DNA from: Promethearchaeota archaeon Loki_b32
Lineage (GTDB): Archaea; Asgardarchaeota; Lokiarchaeia; Sigyniarchaeales; SOKP01
Assembly: GCA_005223125.1 (NCBI GenBank)
Contig: NJBH01000047.1
Span: 1-22,384 of the forward strand
Direction of reading: 5' to 3'
DNA: 22,384 bases
The notes beneath the pieces were generated by a model. It saw only the letters and a program-made list of their open reading frames with translations. It was not told where the DNA came from and did not search any database. A program made the translations under genes and the position numbers. Positions 7,389 to 16,897 of this stretch are shown piece after piece; the stretch's first letter is position 1; every line of letters begins with the position of its first letter.

Positions 7389-7913
7389 ATGACAGAAGCT
7401 AAAGATTGGGTCTTTATATTTCCTATTATAGTCGTAGTTTTAATGATTGTTTCTTTATTCTTATCTATTATGCATGTTACGTTTGATATTCCTTTAATTC
7501 CACTAACTGTGGAAGGAGATTTAATACCAATTGGAGGAGGCCTCATGGACGAACTTGAACCTTATATTGGATTAGCTCCAGAAATAGAAACTCTTCAAAC
7601 TATCTTCTTTTGGGTTGGAATTGGCTTTGCAATATTCTTTGGGCTTGATGCTCTATTGACTTTTATCAATGCAATCCGAGTAAAAACTGGAAGCAAAGAA
7701 CTTAAGAAGGCAAAAACAAAATGGCTCAGTGCAGGAATTAGTAAGATAATAAGTCAAATTATATTAATATATGTACTACTGACCGTGGTTACCGATAACT
7801 TGGCAGATATGGGTGTCATTTTTAATTTTGTTATCGGTTGGGGTATGATTTTAACATTTGTAAGTGGAGGAATCTTAATTTTTTCATATCTCTGTGCCAA
7901 AATTGCGGGTTAG
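7389..7913 (+). CDS. Hypothetical membrane protein (~4 TM helices)
   Basis: Four long hydrophobic segments, followed by T-tracts at ~7939-7958. Confidence 0.8.
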   Translation: MTEAKDWVFIFPIIVVVLMIVSLFLSIMHVTFDIPLIPLTVEGDLIPIGGGLMDELEPYIGLAPEIETLQTIFFWVGIGFAIFFGLDALLTFINAIRVKTGSKELKKAKTKWLSAGISKIISQIILIYVLLTVVTDNLADMGVIFNFVIGWGMILTFVSGGILIFSYLCAKIAG

Positions 7914-7972
7914 AGAACCCAAATACAAAAATTAACTATTTTTTTAATTTTTTTTTTTAAAGGGAAATGATT

Positions 7973-9781
7973 TTATACTAATTGCTTCATTTTTTCTATA
8001 TATTCTAACGACTGATGGCGAAAATAAGTGTTATATAGTTCAGCATACATCCCACCTTTTGTCATTAACTCATCATGATTACCCTCTTCTATTATTTTGC
8101 CGTGATCAAGCACAATAATCCTATCTACATGACGTACTGTCCAGAGTCGATGAGCAATTATGATTGAGGTACGACCTTCAATTGTTTTTTGCAACGCATC
8201 TTGAATTCGGGTTTCAGTGAAAGGATCTACTGAAGCTGTTGCTTCATCCAAGATAAGTATCGCAGGATTTTCTAAAAGAACACGAGCAAAAACAACTAAT
8301 TGACGTTGTCCCATTGAGATTAAGCTACCTCTTTCACCAGTCTTAGTCCCCAATCCCCTTGATAAATCCTTTATCCAATCAGAACCACTTGTTGAGTCCA
8401 AAGCATTATTAACATCCCTTCTTGTTGCCTTTTTATTACCATATTTTATATTATTTTCTATAGTATCTGCCCAAAGGAATGGAGTTTGTGGAATAATTCC
8501 TACTTGTTTACGATATTCCATGAGATCGTAATTTCTAATACTTATCTCATCTATTAGAATATCTCCTTCCTGAAATTCATAAAATCTTGCTAAAAGATTT
8601 GCTAAGCTTGATTTTCCCGCACCTGTATGACCTACAATGGCTACAGATTCTCCAGATTTAATTTTTAGGTTAAAATTCTGGAAAACTTCTTTTGATTCTT
8701 CATACCTGAAGGAAAGATTTTTAAATTCGATTTCACCACTAAGTCTGGATGGCTTAAAATTATCTTTTTGAATTACTAAAGGTAATGTATCTATGAGAGC
8801 AAAAATTCTTTCTGATGCAGCCATACCAGTCTGAAAAGTAGGCCAAAAAGAAGCTAAAGTTAATAATGGAAAGAACAGATAAGATAAACCTTGTATAAAT
8901 AGACTTAACTCTCCCACACTTATACTATTTCCTAAAACACCCCTTCCACCATAGAAGAGTAATAACGTTAATACTATTCCTTGTATAATTCCCAAGGAAG
9001 GAAATATGGCATTCAATACAAAAGCTCTTCGTAAGTTAACTTTATAAGATGTTGTATTTACATCATTAAAACTTGTGTATAATTTCTCCTCTTGTCGAAA
9101 TGTTTTCGCTATTTGAATACCAGAAAAGCTTTCTTTGACATATGCATTGACAGAAGCTAAGGCTCTTTGACCTAAGAGTGTTTTTGAACGGGCTATTTTT
9201 CTAAATGATAATGCTAAAACAAAAAATAATGGAAATGTGATAATAGTAATTAATGTTAATGTGAAATTAATAAATGACATAATAATAAGTAGAAAGCTAA
9301 TAACTAATAATGAAGAAATCAATTGGAGAGTTAAATCTACAGTTTGTCCAAAATCTCTTGAATCTGTATTAATTCTAGAGACGATTTTTCCAATAGGATT
9401 ACGATCAAAAAATGAGAGATCATGATTTAAAACAGCTGATCCAGCATCTCGTCTTAGATCTAGAACAACATTTGCAATTACTTGAGAAGCATATCTTATA
9501 GTAACATAATTAAAAACCCAAGAAAATAGATTTAGAATTAGAATAACACTAAATAAGAAAAAGAGATATAAGATATTTCTATTTGTTTCCAAATTATTAA
9601 TTGCTGTACTGACAAGAACAGGGACAAAAGAATACGTTAGAGAAGAAATTGTTAAAAAAAGAATCACGAATGCCATTAAGCGATTATATGGGCTGAAATA
9701 ATGAAAAATCCTTTTAATTAAGACTTTATCTCTATAAACTCGATCATATTCTTCAGCTTCCAATCCTACGTATATTCCCAT
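7973..9781 (-). CDS. ABC exporter, fused permease/ATP-binding subunit (heterodimer partner 2)
   Basis: TM domain plus Walker A GHTGAGKS, signature ISMGQRQ, Walker B ILILDE and IAHRL. Confidence 0.95.
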   Translation of the reverse strand: MGIYVGLEAEEYDRVYRDKVLIKRIFHYFSPYNRLMAFVILFLTISSLTYSFVPVLVSTAINNLETNRNILYLFFLFSVILILNLFSWVFNYVTIRYASQVIANVVLDLRRDAGSAVLNHDLSFFDRNPIGKIVSRINTDSRDFGQTVDLTLQLISSLLVISFLLIIMSFINFTLTLITIITFPLFFVLALSFRKIARSKTLLGQRALASVNAYVKESFSGIQIAKTFRQEEKLYTSFNDVNTTSYKVNLRRAFVLNAIFPSLGIIQGIVLTLLLFYGGRGVLGNSISVGELSLFIQGLSYLFFPLLTLASFWPTFQTGMAASERIFALIDTLPLVIQKDNFKPSRLSGEIEFKNLSFRYEESKEVFQNFNLKIKSGESVAIVGHTGAGKSSLANLLARFYEFQEGDILIDEISIRNYDLMEYRKQVGIIPQTPFLWADTIENNIKYGNKKATRRDVNNALDSTSGSDWIKDLSRGLGTKTGERGSLISMGQRQLVVFARVLLENPAILILDEATASVDPFTETRIQDALQKTIEGRTSIIIAHRLWTVRHVDRIIVLDHGKIIEEGNHDELMTKGGMYAELYNTYFRHQSLEYIEKMKQLV

Positions 9782-11620
9782 TTAAGAGTCCTCCTTTTGT
9801 TTAATAAGCTGGCTGATATCAACATCAAACTTTTTTATAAATATTTTTTGATACTCCTCGGATGATTTTAAAAGATCTTCATGAGTCCCCATAGCAGAAA
9901 TTTCACCTTTTTTAAGAACAATTATTAAATCCGCCCATCGAATTTGTGAAAGTCTATGGGTTATAAGAAGGGTAGTTCTATCTTTTAGGATATTTCGAAT
10001 TGCTCGTTGTATTTTATCCTCGGTATTTGAATCGATTGCTGATGTCGAGTCATCTAAGATAAGAATTTTGGGATCAGAGAGAAAAGCACGAGCAATTGCT
10101 ATCCTTTGCCGTTCACCTCCACTTAGTTGAACACCCCTTTCACCTACCTCTGATTCATATTGGTTTGGAAAGTCCATAATAAACTCATTAGCTTGGGCTT
10201 CATTGGCAACCTGAATAATTTCTTCGAATGAAGAAGTTTTCCCAAACGATATATTATTGAATATTGTATCAGAAAATAAGAATACGTCTTGCTCAATAAA
10301 AGAAATCTGGCTTCTTAATGATTCTAAAGCATATTCTCTTATGTCTATATTATCAATTAAAATTTTCCCTTCATTCACATCATATAAGCGGGAAATTAAT
10401 TTAGTTAGAGTAGATTTTCCAGATCCCGTAGTTCCAACAATAGCTACAGTTTGACCGGGTTGAACAGTAAAAGAAATGTTTTTCAATACAGGTTTTTTAC
10501 TTTTAGGATAAAGAAACGATACTCCTTCAAATTTAATTTCGCCTTCTATTACTTTTTTAATACCTTTTATATTTTCATCAATTTCAGTTTCCCTATTCAT
10601 TAACTCAAGTAGTCTTTCGGAGCTTGTAATAGCTAATCTAATAATAGCAAACACAAAAATAGATATAAAAGTTGGAAAACGTAGTTGGGCTATTAATCCA
10701 TAATAAGCAATAATTTCACCTATACTCATTAAATTGAAAAAATTTAGTATAATTGCATGAGCAAATGCTAAAGTCATTGAAATGGATAAGAATAATATCG
10801 GAAGATATTTTGCTTGAACTCTTCCCTGATCTATGTATGCATCTCTATACCATTTAGCCTTTGAATAATATTTTTCCATCTCTTTAGCTTCTTGAACTGT
10901 ACCTTTAACCACCTCTATTCCAGTAAGAGTTTCATTTAAAATGGCATTCATCATCCCAAATGAACCCCTCAATCTTCCTGTAATAGGTCCTAATTTGCGA
11001 ACATATGATCTTAAGGAGAATAAAAAGAGTATAGAAAACAACAATGGTGCAAATATCAATTGAGGGGGATAAAAAATGATAATATAAATAAGAGGTACAA
11101 CTAAAGATGTAAAAGATTCAAAAATTAAAGAAAGTGCTGGACTTATTAAAAAATTAAGCATGCGAACATCGTCTGTCACTCGCGCCGTCAGATCTCCAAT
11201 CCTTTGTTGCTCATGAAATGACTGGCTTTTACCTAAGAGATTTGTATAAAACTCTCTTCTACAATCTCTCTCCATTCTTTGTGCTATTACTTCTCTTAAC
11301 ATGTAATTTGCCAATCTCATTATAGGTGTTCCCACACTTAATAACAAGATAATTGTAGTGTAAAAAAATAATGCAGAATAATTCCCGATTAAAAAATCAG
11401 ATATTGCATTCCCAATAAGTACAAAAATAATAGATGTTAGATTTGAAGCGACTATTGTCGTAATTAAAACAATAATAAATAAAATCTTATTAGAGCCATG
11501 AAAAATGTGTTTTAAGATCCATCTTCGTGATCCTTTTCGTCGAGCTTTTTCAAAGGGATCTTTTCCAGGTGAAAATTCTACATAATGAGTATTGATGGTA
11601 TTTGTAGTGCTTTTTTGCAT
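9782..11620 (-). CDS. ABC exporter, fused permease/ATP-binding subunit (heterodimer partner 1)
   Basis: Walker A GTTGSGKS, LSGGERQR, and degenerate Walker B ILILDD (D in place of the catalytic E), which is typical of heterodimeric exporters. It abuts the partner gene. Confidence 0.95.
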   Translation of the reverse strand: MQKSTTNTINTHYVEFSPGKDPFEKARRKGSRRWILKHIFHGSNKILFIIVLITTIVASNLTSIIFVLIGNAISDFLIGNYSALFFYTTIILLLSVGTPIMRLANYMLREVIAQRMERDCRREFYTNLLGKSQSFHEQQRIGDLTARVTDDVRMLNFLISPALSLIFESFTSLVVPLIYIIIFYPPQLIFAPLLFSILFLFSLRSYVRKLGPITGRLRGSFGMMNAILNETLTGIEVVKGTVQEAKEMEKYYSKAKWYRDAYIDQGRVQAKYLPILFLSISMTLAFAHAIILNFFNLMSIGEIIAYYGLIAQLRFPTFISIFVFAIIRLAITSSERLLELMNRETEIDENIKGIKKVIEGEIKFEGVSFLYPKSKKPVLKNISFTVQPGQTVAIVGTTGSGKSTLTKLISRLYDVNEGKILIDNIDIREYALESLRSQISFIEQDVFLFSDTIFNNISFGKTSSFEEIIQVANEAQANEFIMDFPNQYESEVGERGVQLSGGERQRIAIARAFLSDPKILILDDSTSAIDSNTEDKIQRAIRNILKDRTTLLITHRLSQIRWADLIIVLKKGEISAMGTHEDLLKSSEEYQKIFIKKFDVDISQLIKQKEDS

Positions 11621-11760
11621 TGATAAAAACTTCTTTAGTAAACGTTATAATTCTCGTTTTATTATTTTTGAATAGTTTAATTCTTAATAGATTTTTTATA
11701 TTTAAATTATAAATTATTGGAATTATATAATAATTGAGTTCAAAATGGTGAAGTTTTTCA

Positions 11761-12255
11761 ATGGAAATCTCGATTAGAAAGGCCACTGCTCAAGATACTG
11801 AAGAGATATCCAATATATGGACAATTATTTGTTCAGAGAGAATATATTCAGCTGTAAATAAACCTTTCACGCCACAGCAGGAGCGAAAATATATATCTTC
11901 TCTTTCTGATCGTGAAGGTATCTTTGTGGCTGAAATAGAAGGTCAAATCATTGGTTTTCAATCATTAGATAAATGGGCAGAATATTCAGATTCATTTGAT
12001 CATGTTGGAGTAATTGGAACATTTGTACTTCCTGAGTGGCGAAAGAAAAATATTGGATATAAGTTAGCACAGTTTACCTTCAATCTTGCAAAGGAACATG
12101 ATTATGAAAAGTTTGTTATCTATGTACGCGCAGGTAATTCTGGGGCAATTAGATTCTATGAAAATTTAGGATTTGTTCAAAAGGGTGTATTGTCTAATCA
12201 GGTTAAAATTAATGATATATATGAAGATGAAATATTCATGGAAATGTTCCTATAA
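11761..12255 (+). CDS. GNAT family N-acetyltransferase
   Basis: Motifs ISIRKAT, FVAEIEGQIIGF, FVLPEWRKKNIG and NSGAIRFYENLGF. Confidence 0.92.
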   Translation: MEISIRKATAQDTEEISNIWTIICSERIYSAVNKPFTPQQERKYISSLSDREGIFVAEIEGQIIGFQSLDKWAEYSDSFDHVGVIGTFVLPEWRKKNIGYKLAQFTFNLAKEHDYEKFVIYVRAGNSGAIRFYENLGFVQKGVLSNQVKINDIYEDEIFMEMFL

Positions 12256-12374
12256 TTTCGTTATAACAATTTGAACACAAAAAATAGGAATAATATTAAC
12301 CGATTAATAATATTAGTGAATTTCTATGAATTAAGAACCATTAATTTAAATATTATTAGTTTTATTAGATAATT

Positions 12375-12521
12375 GTGTCGGATAAAGAAATTGCGTATGA
12401 TGTAAGGTTGGAAGAAAAATTAGAGCTCATAAAATTAAAAATCTGGATTAACGAAGAGCTTCAGATTCTGCCTCACAAATTTCATGAACTTATTATACAA
12501 AACTATGAAAAAAAAGGGTAA
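12375..12521 (+). CDS. Small hypothetical protein (48 aa), probably leaderless
   Basis: The GTG start gives MSDKEIAYDVRLEEKLELIKLKIWINEELQILPHKFHELIIQNYEKKG. A tttaaata box at 12345-12352 sits about 25 nt upstream. It is below the ORF track length cutoff. Confidence 0.5.
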   Translation: MSDKEIAYDVRLEEKLELIKLKIWINEELQILPHKFHELIIQNYEKKG

Positions 12522-12597
12522 AAAAATTTATTTTGAGAATTTTTTGACCATAATTTTCCCACTTCTTATAAAAATTTAATAATTGATTCATTTATAA

Positions 12598-12882
12598 TCA
12601 AAATGGATAATTCTTTTTAGTGCTTATTAGAGTAGTCGTTGCCTCTATCCATTGAGATAATTCTGAATCAGTTCTGCAGAGTGAAACTATTTTATCTAAA
12701 TCCTCAAGATTGATAAATTTACACTCAACTATTAGATCCCAACCACCATATATAGGAGTTACATAAGTTATATGCCAATCTTCATGTTGATTGCTTGATT
12801 TTAAGCCTTTTAGTTTTTCAGTGACTTTCCACTGAGTGCCGATGATTTTCAATCGAATTAAAACATAACCACGATAATAAAT
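12598..12882 (-). CDS. Stand-alone Lrp/AsnC ligand-binding (RAM)-like domain protein
   Basis: YVTPIYGGWDLIVE...LEDLDKIV...IEATTTLI matches the RAM pattern. The open frame extends upstream of the TTG at 12852 through YYRGYVLIRL (the predicted first strand) to an ATT at 12882, 8 nt below AGGTG. Confidence 0.65.
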   Translation of the reverse strand: MYYRGYVLIRLKIIGTQWKVTEKLKGLKSSNQHEDWHITYVTPIYGGWDLIVECKFINLEDLDKIVSLCRTDSELSQWIEATTTLISTKKNYPF

Positions 12883-13042
12883 TAATTTAACACCTACGTA
12901 CTTGTATAACTTTTATTATCTTGCCTTTTTTCAGATGCTATAATAAATTGTAATATATTTTTTAATATTTTTCAAGATTTCTATTAATGATTGAATAGTC
13001 ATAAGGATATTTCACACAGCAATTGAGAAGAGGTTTTAAAAA

Positions 13043-13564
13043 ATGTAAAATAGCCTTGGAAGAGCTTTCATATTTAGTCTTATTGCCTTTGTATTAGTAG
13101 GTTTTATATTTGTAATAATTGCATATTCGATTGGTGGTGCCATAGATAATTTATTTGGACTTTTTACAGATTATCCAGGTACTATAATACAATGGTTATT
13201 ACGACCAGTTCGCTATTTTCCTTGGGATATTATAAATGAGTTTCTTGAAACTTCCTATATTTCAACAAAAACGTGGTATGTAGGAATGTTCTTATCATTA
13301 ATAATAGCATCTATTGTCGCTGGATTAATTGGAGGAAATATGAAGAATTCTTTTGGGGGATGGGTTTTAACTATGATCTTTAGCATTATAATGTATATAA
13401 TACCATTAAGTCTAGGTGGGCAGTACACAAATAATACTTGTGGGTTATGTACTTCTCAAGAAGCAATAATTATGGTTATAATCATAGGTATTGTACATTT
13501 GTTGATATTTGGTTGTATTACATTATTAACTGCGTTAATGATTGGTAGAGCTAAGAATTACTAA
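13043..13564 (+). pseudogene. Membrane protein gene with a nonsense codon at position 2 (or a sequence error)
   Basis: gaggt SD, then ATG TAA AAT AGC. The frame is then open (NSLGRAFIFSLIAFVLVGFIFVIIAY...) and continuous with the 92-aa track ORF at 13286, giving about 173 codons. Confidence 0.75.
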
Positions 13565-13585
13565 TAATATTAAAATTAATTTGGT

Positions 13586-16500
13586 CTACCAATATATTTC
13601 TTTTAATGTTTTATGGTACTCATTAAGTGATTTTATTTCAAGTTCTTTTCTCCGAACTTTTTCTATAGCATCTATTAATGCTTCGGCAAGTTGTAAGTTA
13701 ATAATAACAGGAAGATTGTAATCTACTGCCATTCTTCTGATCTTATATTCATCTTCCATTATAGTTCTGAATTTTTCTTCACTAGTGGGGAGGGGAATAT
13801 TTATTACTAAGTCAATTGCTCCATTCTGTAGACATCCCATAATATTGGGTTCCATACCATATTCATGGATCTTATAGAGTTTAACAGCGTAAATTTCGTT
13901 ATTTTTTAATGCAATTGCAGTGTCTTCTGTGGCAAAAATAGTAAATCCTAAATCCTTAAGTTTCTTTGCTAAAGGAATCACTTGTTGTTTTAATTCTTTA
14001 CCACCTACAGAGATTAAAACATTACCTCCTTGGATAGGAATATTCATTTCTGCAGCTTCAAGTGACTTTATTAAAGCTTCCGAAAAATCTTCTCCAATAC
14101 ATGCCACTTCTCCTGTAGATGCCATCTCAACACCTAAAACTGGGTCAGCTTTGTCAAGACGCATGAACGAAAACATTGGAGCTTTTATTGATACAAATTT
14201 TCCATAAGGTAATTCCATAATTCGTTGAGGAATCTTCGCTCCCATAAACACTTCAGCTGCAAGTCTCATCAAATTAATACCTCTGGTTTTTGAAACATAA
14301 GGCATACTTCGACTAGATCTGAGGTTACACTCTATTACATAAACTTCTTCATCTTTAACAAGATATTGTACATTAAATGGTCCTCTAACTTTTAATGCTA
14401 TTGCAATTTCTCTAGTATTTTTCTCGATTGTCTCAATTACTCTGTAAGAAACCGTTTGGGGCGGAATTGACATAGTTGCATCACCACTATGGACACCAGC
14501 ATTCTCAATATGCTCTACTATTGCTCCAATAAAGACTTTATCCCCATCACATACCCCATCAGCTTCGATCTCTCTTGCTCCAGTAAAGAATTTAGTGATA
14601 ACCACGGGGTATTCTTGAGAAACCGCTGCTGCGAGATCAAGAGTATCTCTTAAAGTTTTTTCATCATAGGATACTCTCATAGCTGCGCCACTTAAAACAT
14701 ATGATGGGCGAACTAGAACGGGGTATCTAACATCCTTCGCAAATTTTAATGCTTCTTCCTTATTTGTTAATATACTCCATTGAGGTTGTTTTATTTCTAA
14801 TTGATCTAATAGGTTACTAAACTTCGAGCGGTCTTCTGCCATGTCAATCCTACTTCCATGTGTCCCTAATATATTTAAATTTACTTTTCTGAAAAATTCT
14901 GAATATTTTGAGAATTTAGCAGCAAGATTTTGGGCGATTTGACCACCCACGGATACAACTATTCCATCAGCTTTTTCAAGTTCAAGTATATCTAGCACTC
15001 GTTCTCCAGATAATTCTTCAAAATAAAGTTTATCTGATGTATCATAGTCTGTTGAGACCGTTTCTGGATTATAATTAATCATAATTGCTTGGTCGACCCC
15101 TAACTTCTTTAAACCCCAAAGGCAATTCACTGAACCCCAATCAAATTCTACAGATGCTCCAATGCGATAAGTCCCCGAGCCTAATACTATCACTTTTTTT
15201 AAATTTTGCTTAATTTCTTGCTCAAAGTCAATATCGTGCTCAGATGCGGCATAAGTCAAATAAAGATAATTTGTGATAGCAGGCCATTCTGCCGCTAGCG
15301 TATCAATTCTCTTTACATAGGGTTGAATTTGATACTTTCTCCTTAGAATTTGTCTTATGGTAATTACATCTATTCCCATTATTTTTGCAATTTGACCATC
15401 AGAGAATCCAAATCGCTTTGCTCGTTCAAACCAATAAAATTTATCTTCATCACTGGCCTCTAAAAAGTCGAGATTCTCTAATTCTTTTTCAATATCAATA
15501 ATATTCTTTATTTTATATAGAAACCACTTATCTATCCGAGAAGTTTGATAAATCTCATCAATAGAAATTCCTTGGTTTATAGCTTCCACGATTCTAAAAA
15601 TTCTTAAATCAGTAGGATTACTTAATGTAAATTTTAATTCATTAATATCTTCAATAGGCTCAATTTCATTCCCTACTAAACCCTTCATACCAATATCTAA
15701 CATTCTTAAGGCTTTTTGAAGAACTTCCTCAAAAGTTCGCCCAATAGACATTACTTCACCCACAGATTTCATCTGAGATCCAATTTTTCTGTCAACTCTC
15801 TGGAATTTAATTAAATCCCATCGAGGTATCTTTAATACCAGATAATCAAGAGCAGGTTCAAAACATGCTGTTGTAATACCTGTTATCTTGTTCTTAAGTT
15901 CTGGTAAGGTATATCCAATAGCTAATTTCGCTGCGATATAAGCTAAAGGATACCCTGTAGCTTTTGAGGCTAACGCAGAAGACCGAGAAAGGCGAGCATT
16001 TACTTCTATTGCTCTAAATTCTTTTGAGAATGGATCTAACCCATATTGGATATTGCATTCACCTATAATTCCGAGATTTCTTATAACGCGGATGGAAGCT
16101 GAACGTAACATTTGATATTCTTCATTTGTTAAGGTTTGACTGGGGGCAACTACAATAGATTCCCCTGTATGAATCCCGACGGGGTCAAAATTTTCCATAT
16201 TGCAATTAATAAAACAGTTGTCTTCAGCATCTCTTACTACTTCATATTCAATTTCCTTCCATCCCCATATACTCTCTTCAATTAATATCTGGTTTATTCG
16301 TGATTGTGCAATCCCTTTCTTTGCCATTCTTTCAAATTCTCGCATATTACTACATATCCCAGATCCTCTACCACCTAGTGTATAGGCTACTCGAATCATA
16401 CATGGAAAGCCAATTTCCTCTACTGCTTTAAGTGCATCGCTATATGAAGACACGGCTCTACTTTTACATACTTTAACCCTAGAATCATCCATAGCTTTAA

Positions 16501-16897
16501 CAAAAAGTTCTCTATTTTCAGTAACTTCGATAGCTTCTATAGGAGTTCCTAAAACCCGAACATTGTATTTTTTAAGAATTCCCAATTCATTCAATTCAAC
16601 TCCCACATTTAAGGCAGTCTGGCCTCCAAAAGCCAGCAAAATCCCATCAGGATTTTCTTTTTTGATTACCTTTTCTACATAATCCACGTTAATCGGTAGT
16701 AAATAAACCCTATCAGATAATTGAGGATCGGTTTGAATAGTTGCGATATTAGGGTTGATTAAGATAGTCTCTATCCCTTCTTCCTTAAGTGCTTTGAGAA
16801 CTTGAGAGCCACTATAGTCAAATTCACCTGCTTGGCCAATCCTAATGCCCCCACTCCCTAAAACGAGAGCTTTTTTGATACTTTTATCTAATGGCAT
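13586..16897 (-). CDS. carB: Carbamoyl-phosphate synthase large subunit
   Basis: IGQAGEFDYSG, two ATP-grasp halves (GIHTGES, GVHSGDA), NPETVSTDYD, and a C-terminal MGS domain. Confidence 0.98.
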   Translation of the reverse strand: MPLDKSIKKALVLGSGGIRIGQAGEFDYSGSQVLKALKEEGIETILINPNIATIQTDPQLSDRVYLLPINVDYVEKVIKKENPDGILLAFGGQTALNVGVELNELGILKKYNVRVLGTPIEAIEVTENRELFVKAMDDSRVKVCKSRAVSSYSDALKAVEEIGFPCMIRVAYTLGGRGSGICSNMREFERMAKKGIAQSRINQILIEESIWGWKEIEYEVVRDAEDNCFINCNMENFDPVGIHTGESIVVAPSQTLTNEEYQMLRSASIRVIRNLGIIGECNIQYGLDPFSKEFRAIEVNARLSRSSALASKATGYPLAYIAAKLAIGYTLPELKNKITGITTACFEPALDYLVLKIPRWDLIKFQRVDRKIGSQMKSVGEVMSIGRTFEEVLQKALRMLDIGMKGLVGNEIEPIEDINELKFTLSNPTDLRIFRIVEAINQGISIDEIYQTSRIDKWFLYKIKNIIDIEKELENLDFLEASDEDKFYWFERAKRFGFSDGQIAKIMGIDVITIRQILRRKYQIQPYVKRIDTLAAEWPAITNYLYLTYAASEHDIDFEQEIKQNLKKVIVLGSGTYRIGASVEFDWGSVNCLWGLKKLGVDQAIMINYNPETVSTDYDTSDKLYFEELSGERVLDILELEKADGIVVSVGGQIAQNLAAKFSKYSEFFRKVNLNILGTHGSRIDMAEDRSKFSNLLDQLEIKQPQWSILTNKEEALKFAKDVRYPVLVRPSYVLSGAAMRVSYDEKTLRDTLDLAAAVSQEYPVVITKFFTGAREIEADGVCDGDKVFIGAIVEHIENAGVHSGDATMSIPPQTVSYRVIETIEKNTREIAIALKVRGPFNVQYLVKDEEVYVIECNLRSSRSMPYVSKTRGINLMRLAAEVFMGAKIPQRIMELPYGKFVSIKAPMFSFMRLDKADPVLGVEMASTGEVACIGEDFSEALIKSLEAAEMNIPIQGGNVLISVGGKELKQQVIPLAKKLKDLGFTIFATEDTAIALKNNEIYAVKLYKIHEYGMEPNIMGCLQNGAIDLVINIPLPTSEEKFRTIMEDEYKIRRMAVDYNLPVIINLQLAEALIDAIEKVRRKELEIKSLNEYHKTLKEIYW

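Noticed and set aside
310-13048. Genome-wide stop-codon reassignment to explain the two premature stops
   Set aside because: The two stops are different codons (TAG and TAA) in compositionally different segments, and both codons terminate normal genes here (carB ends in TAG, glnA in TAA).
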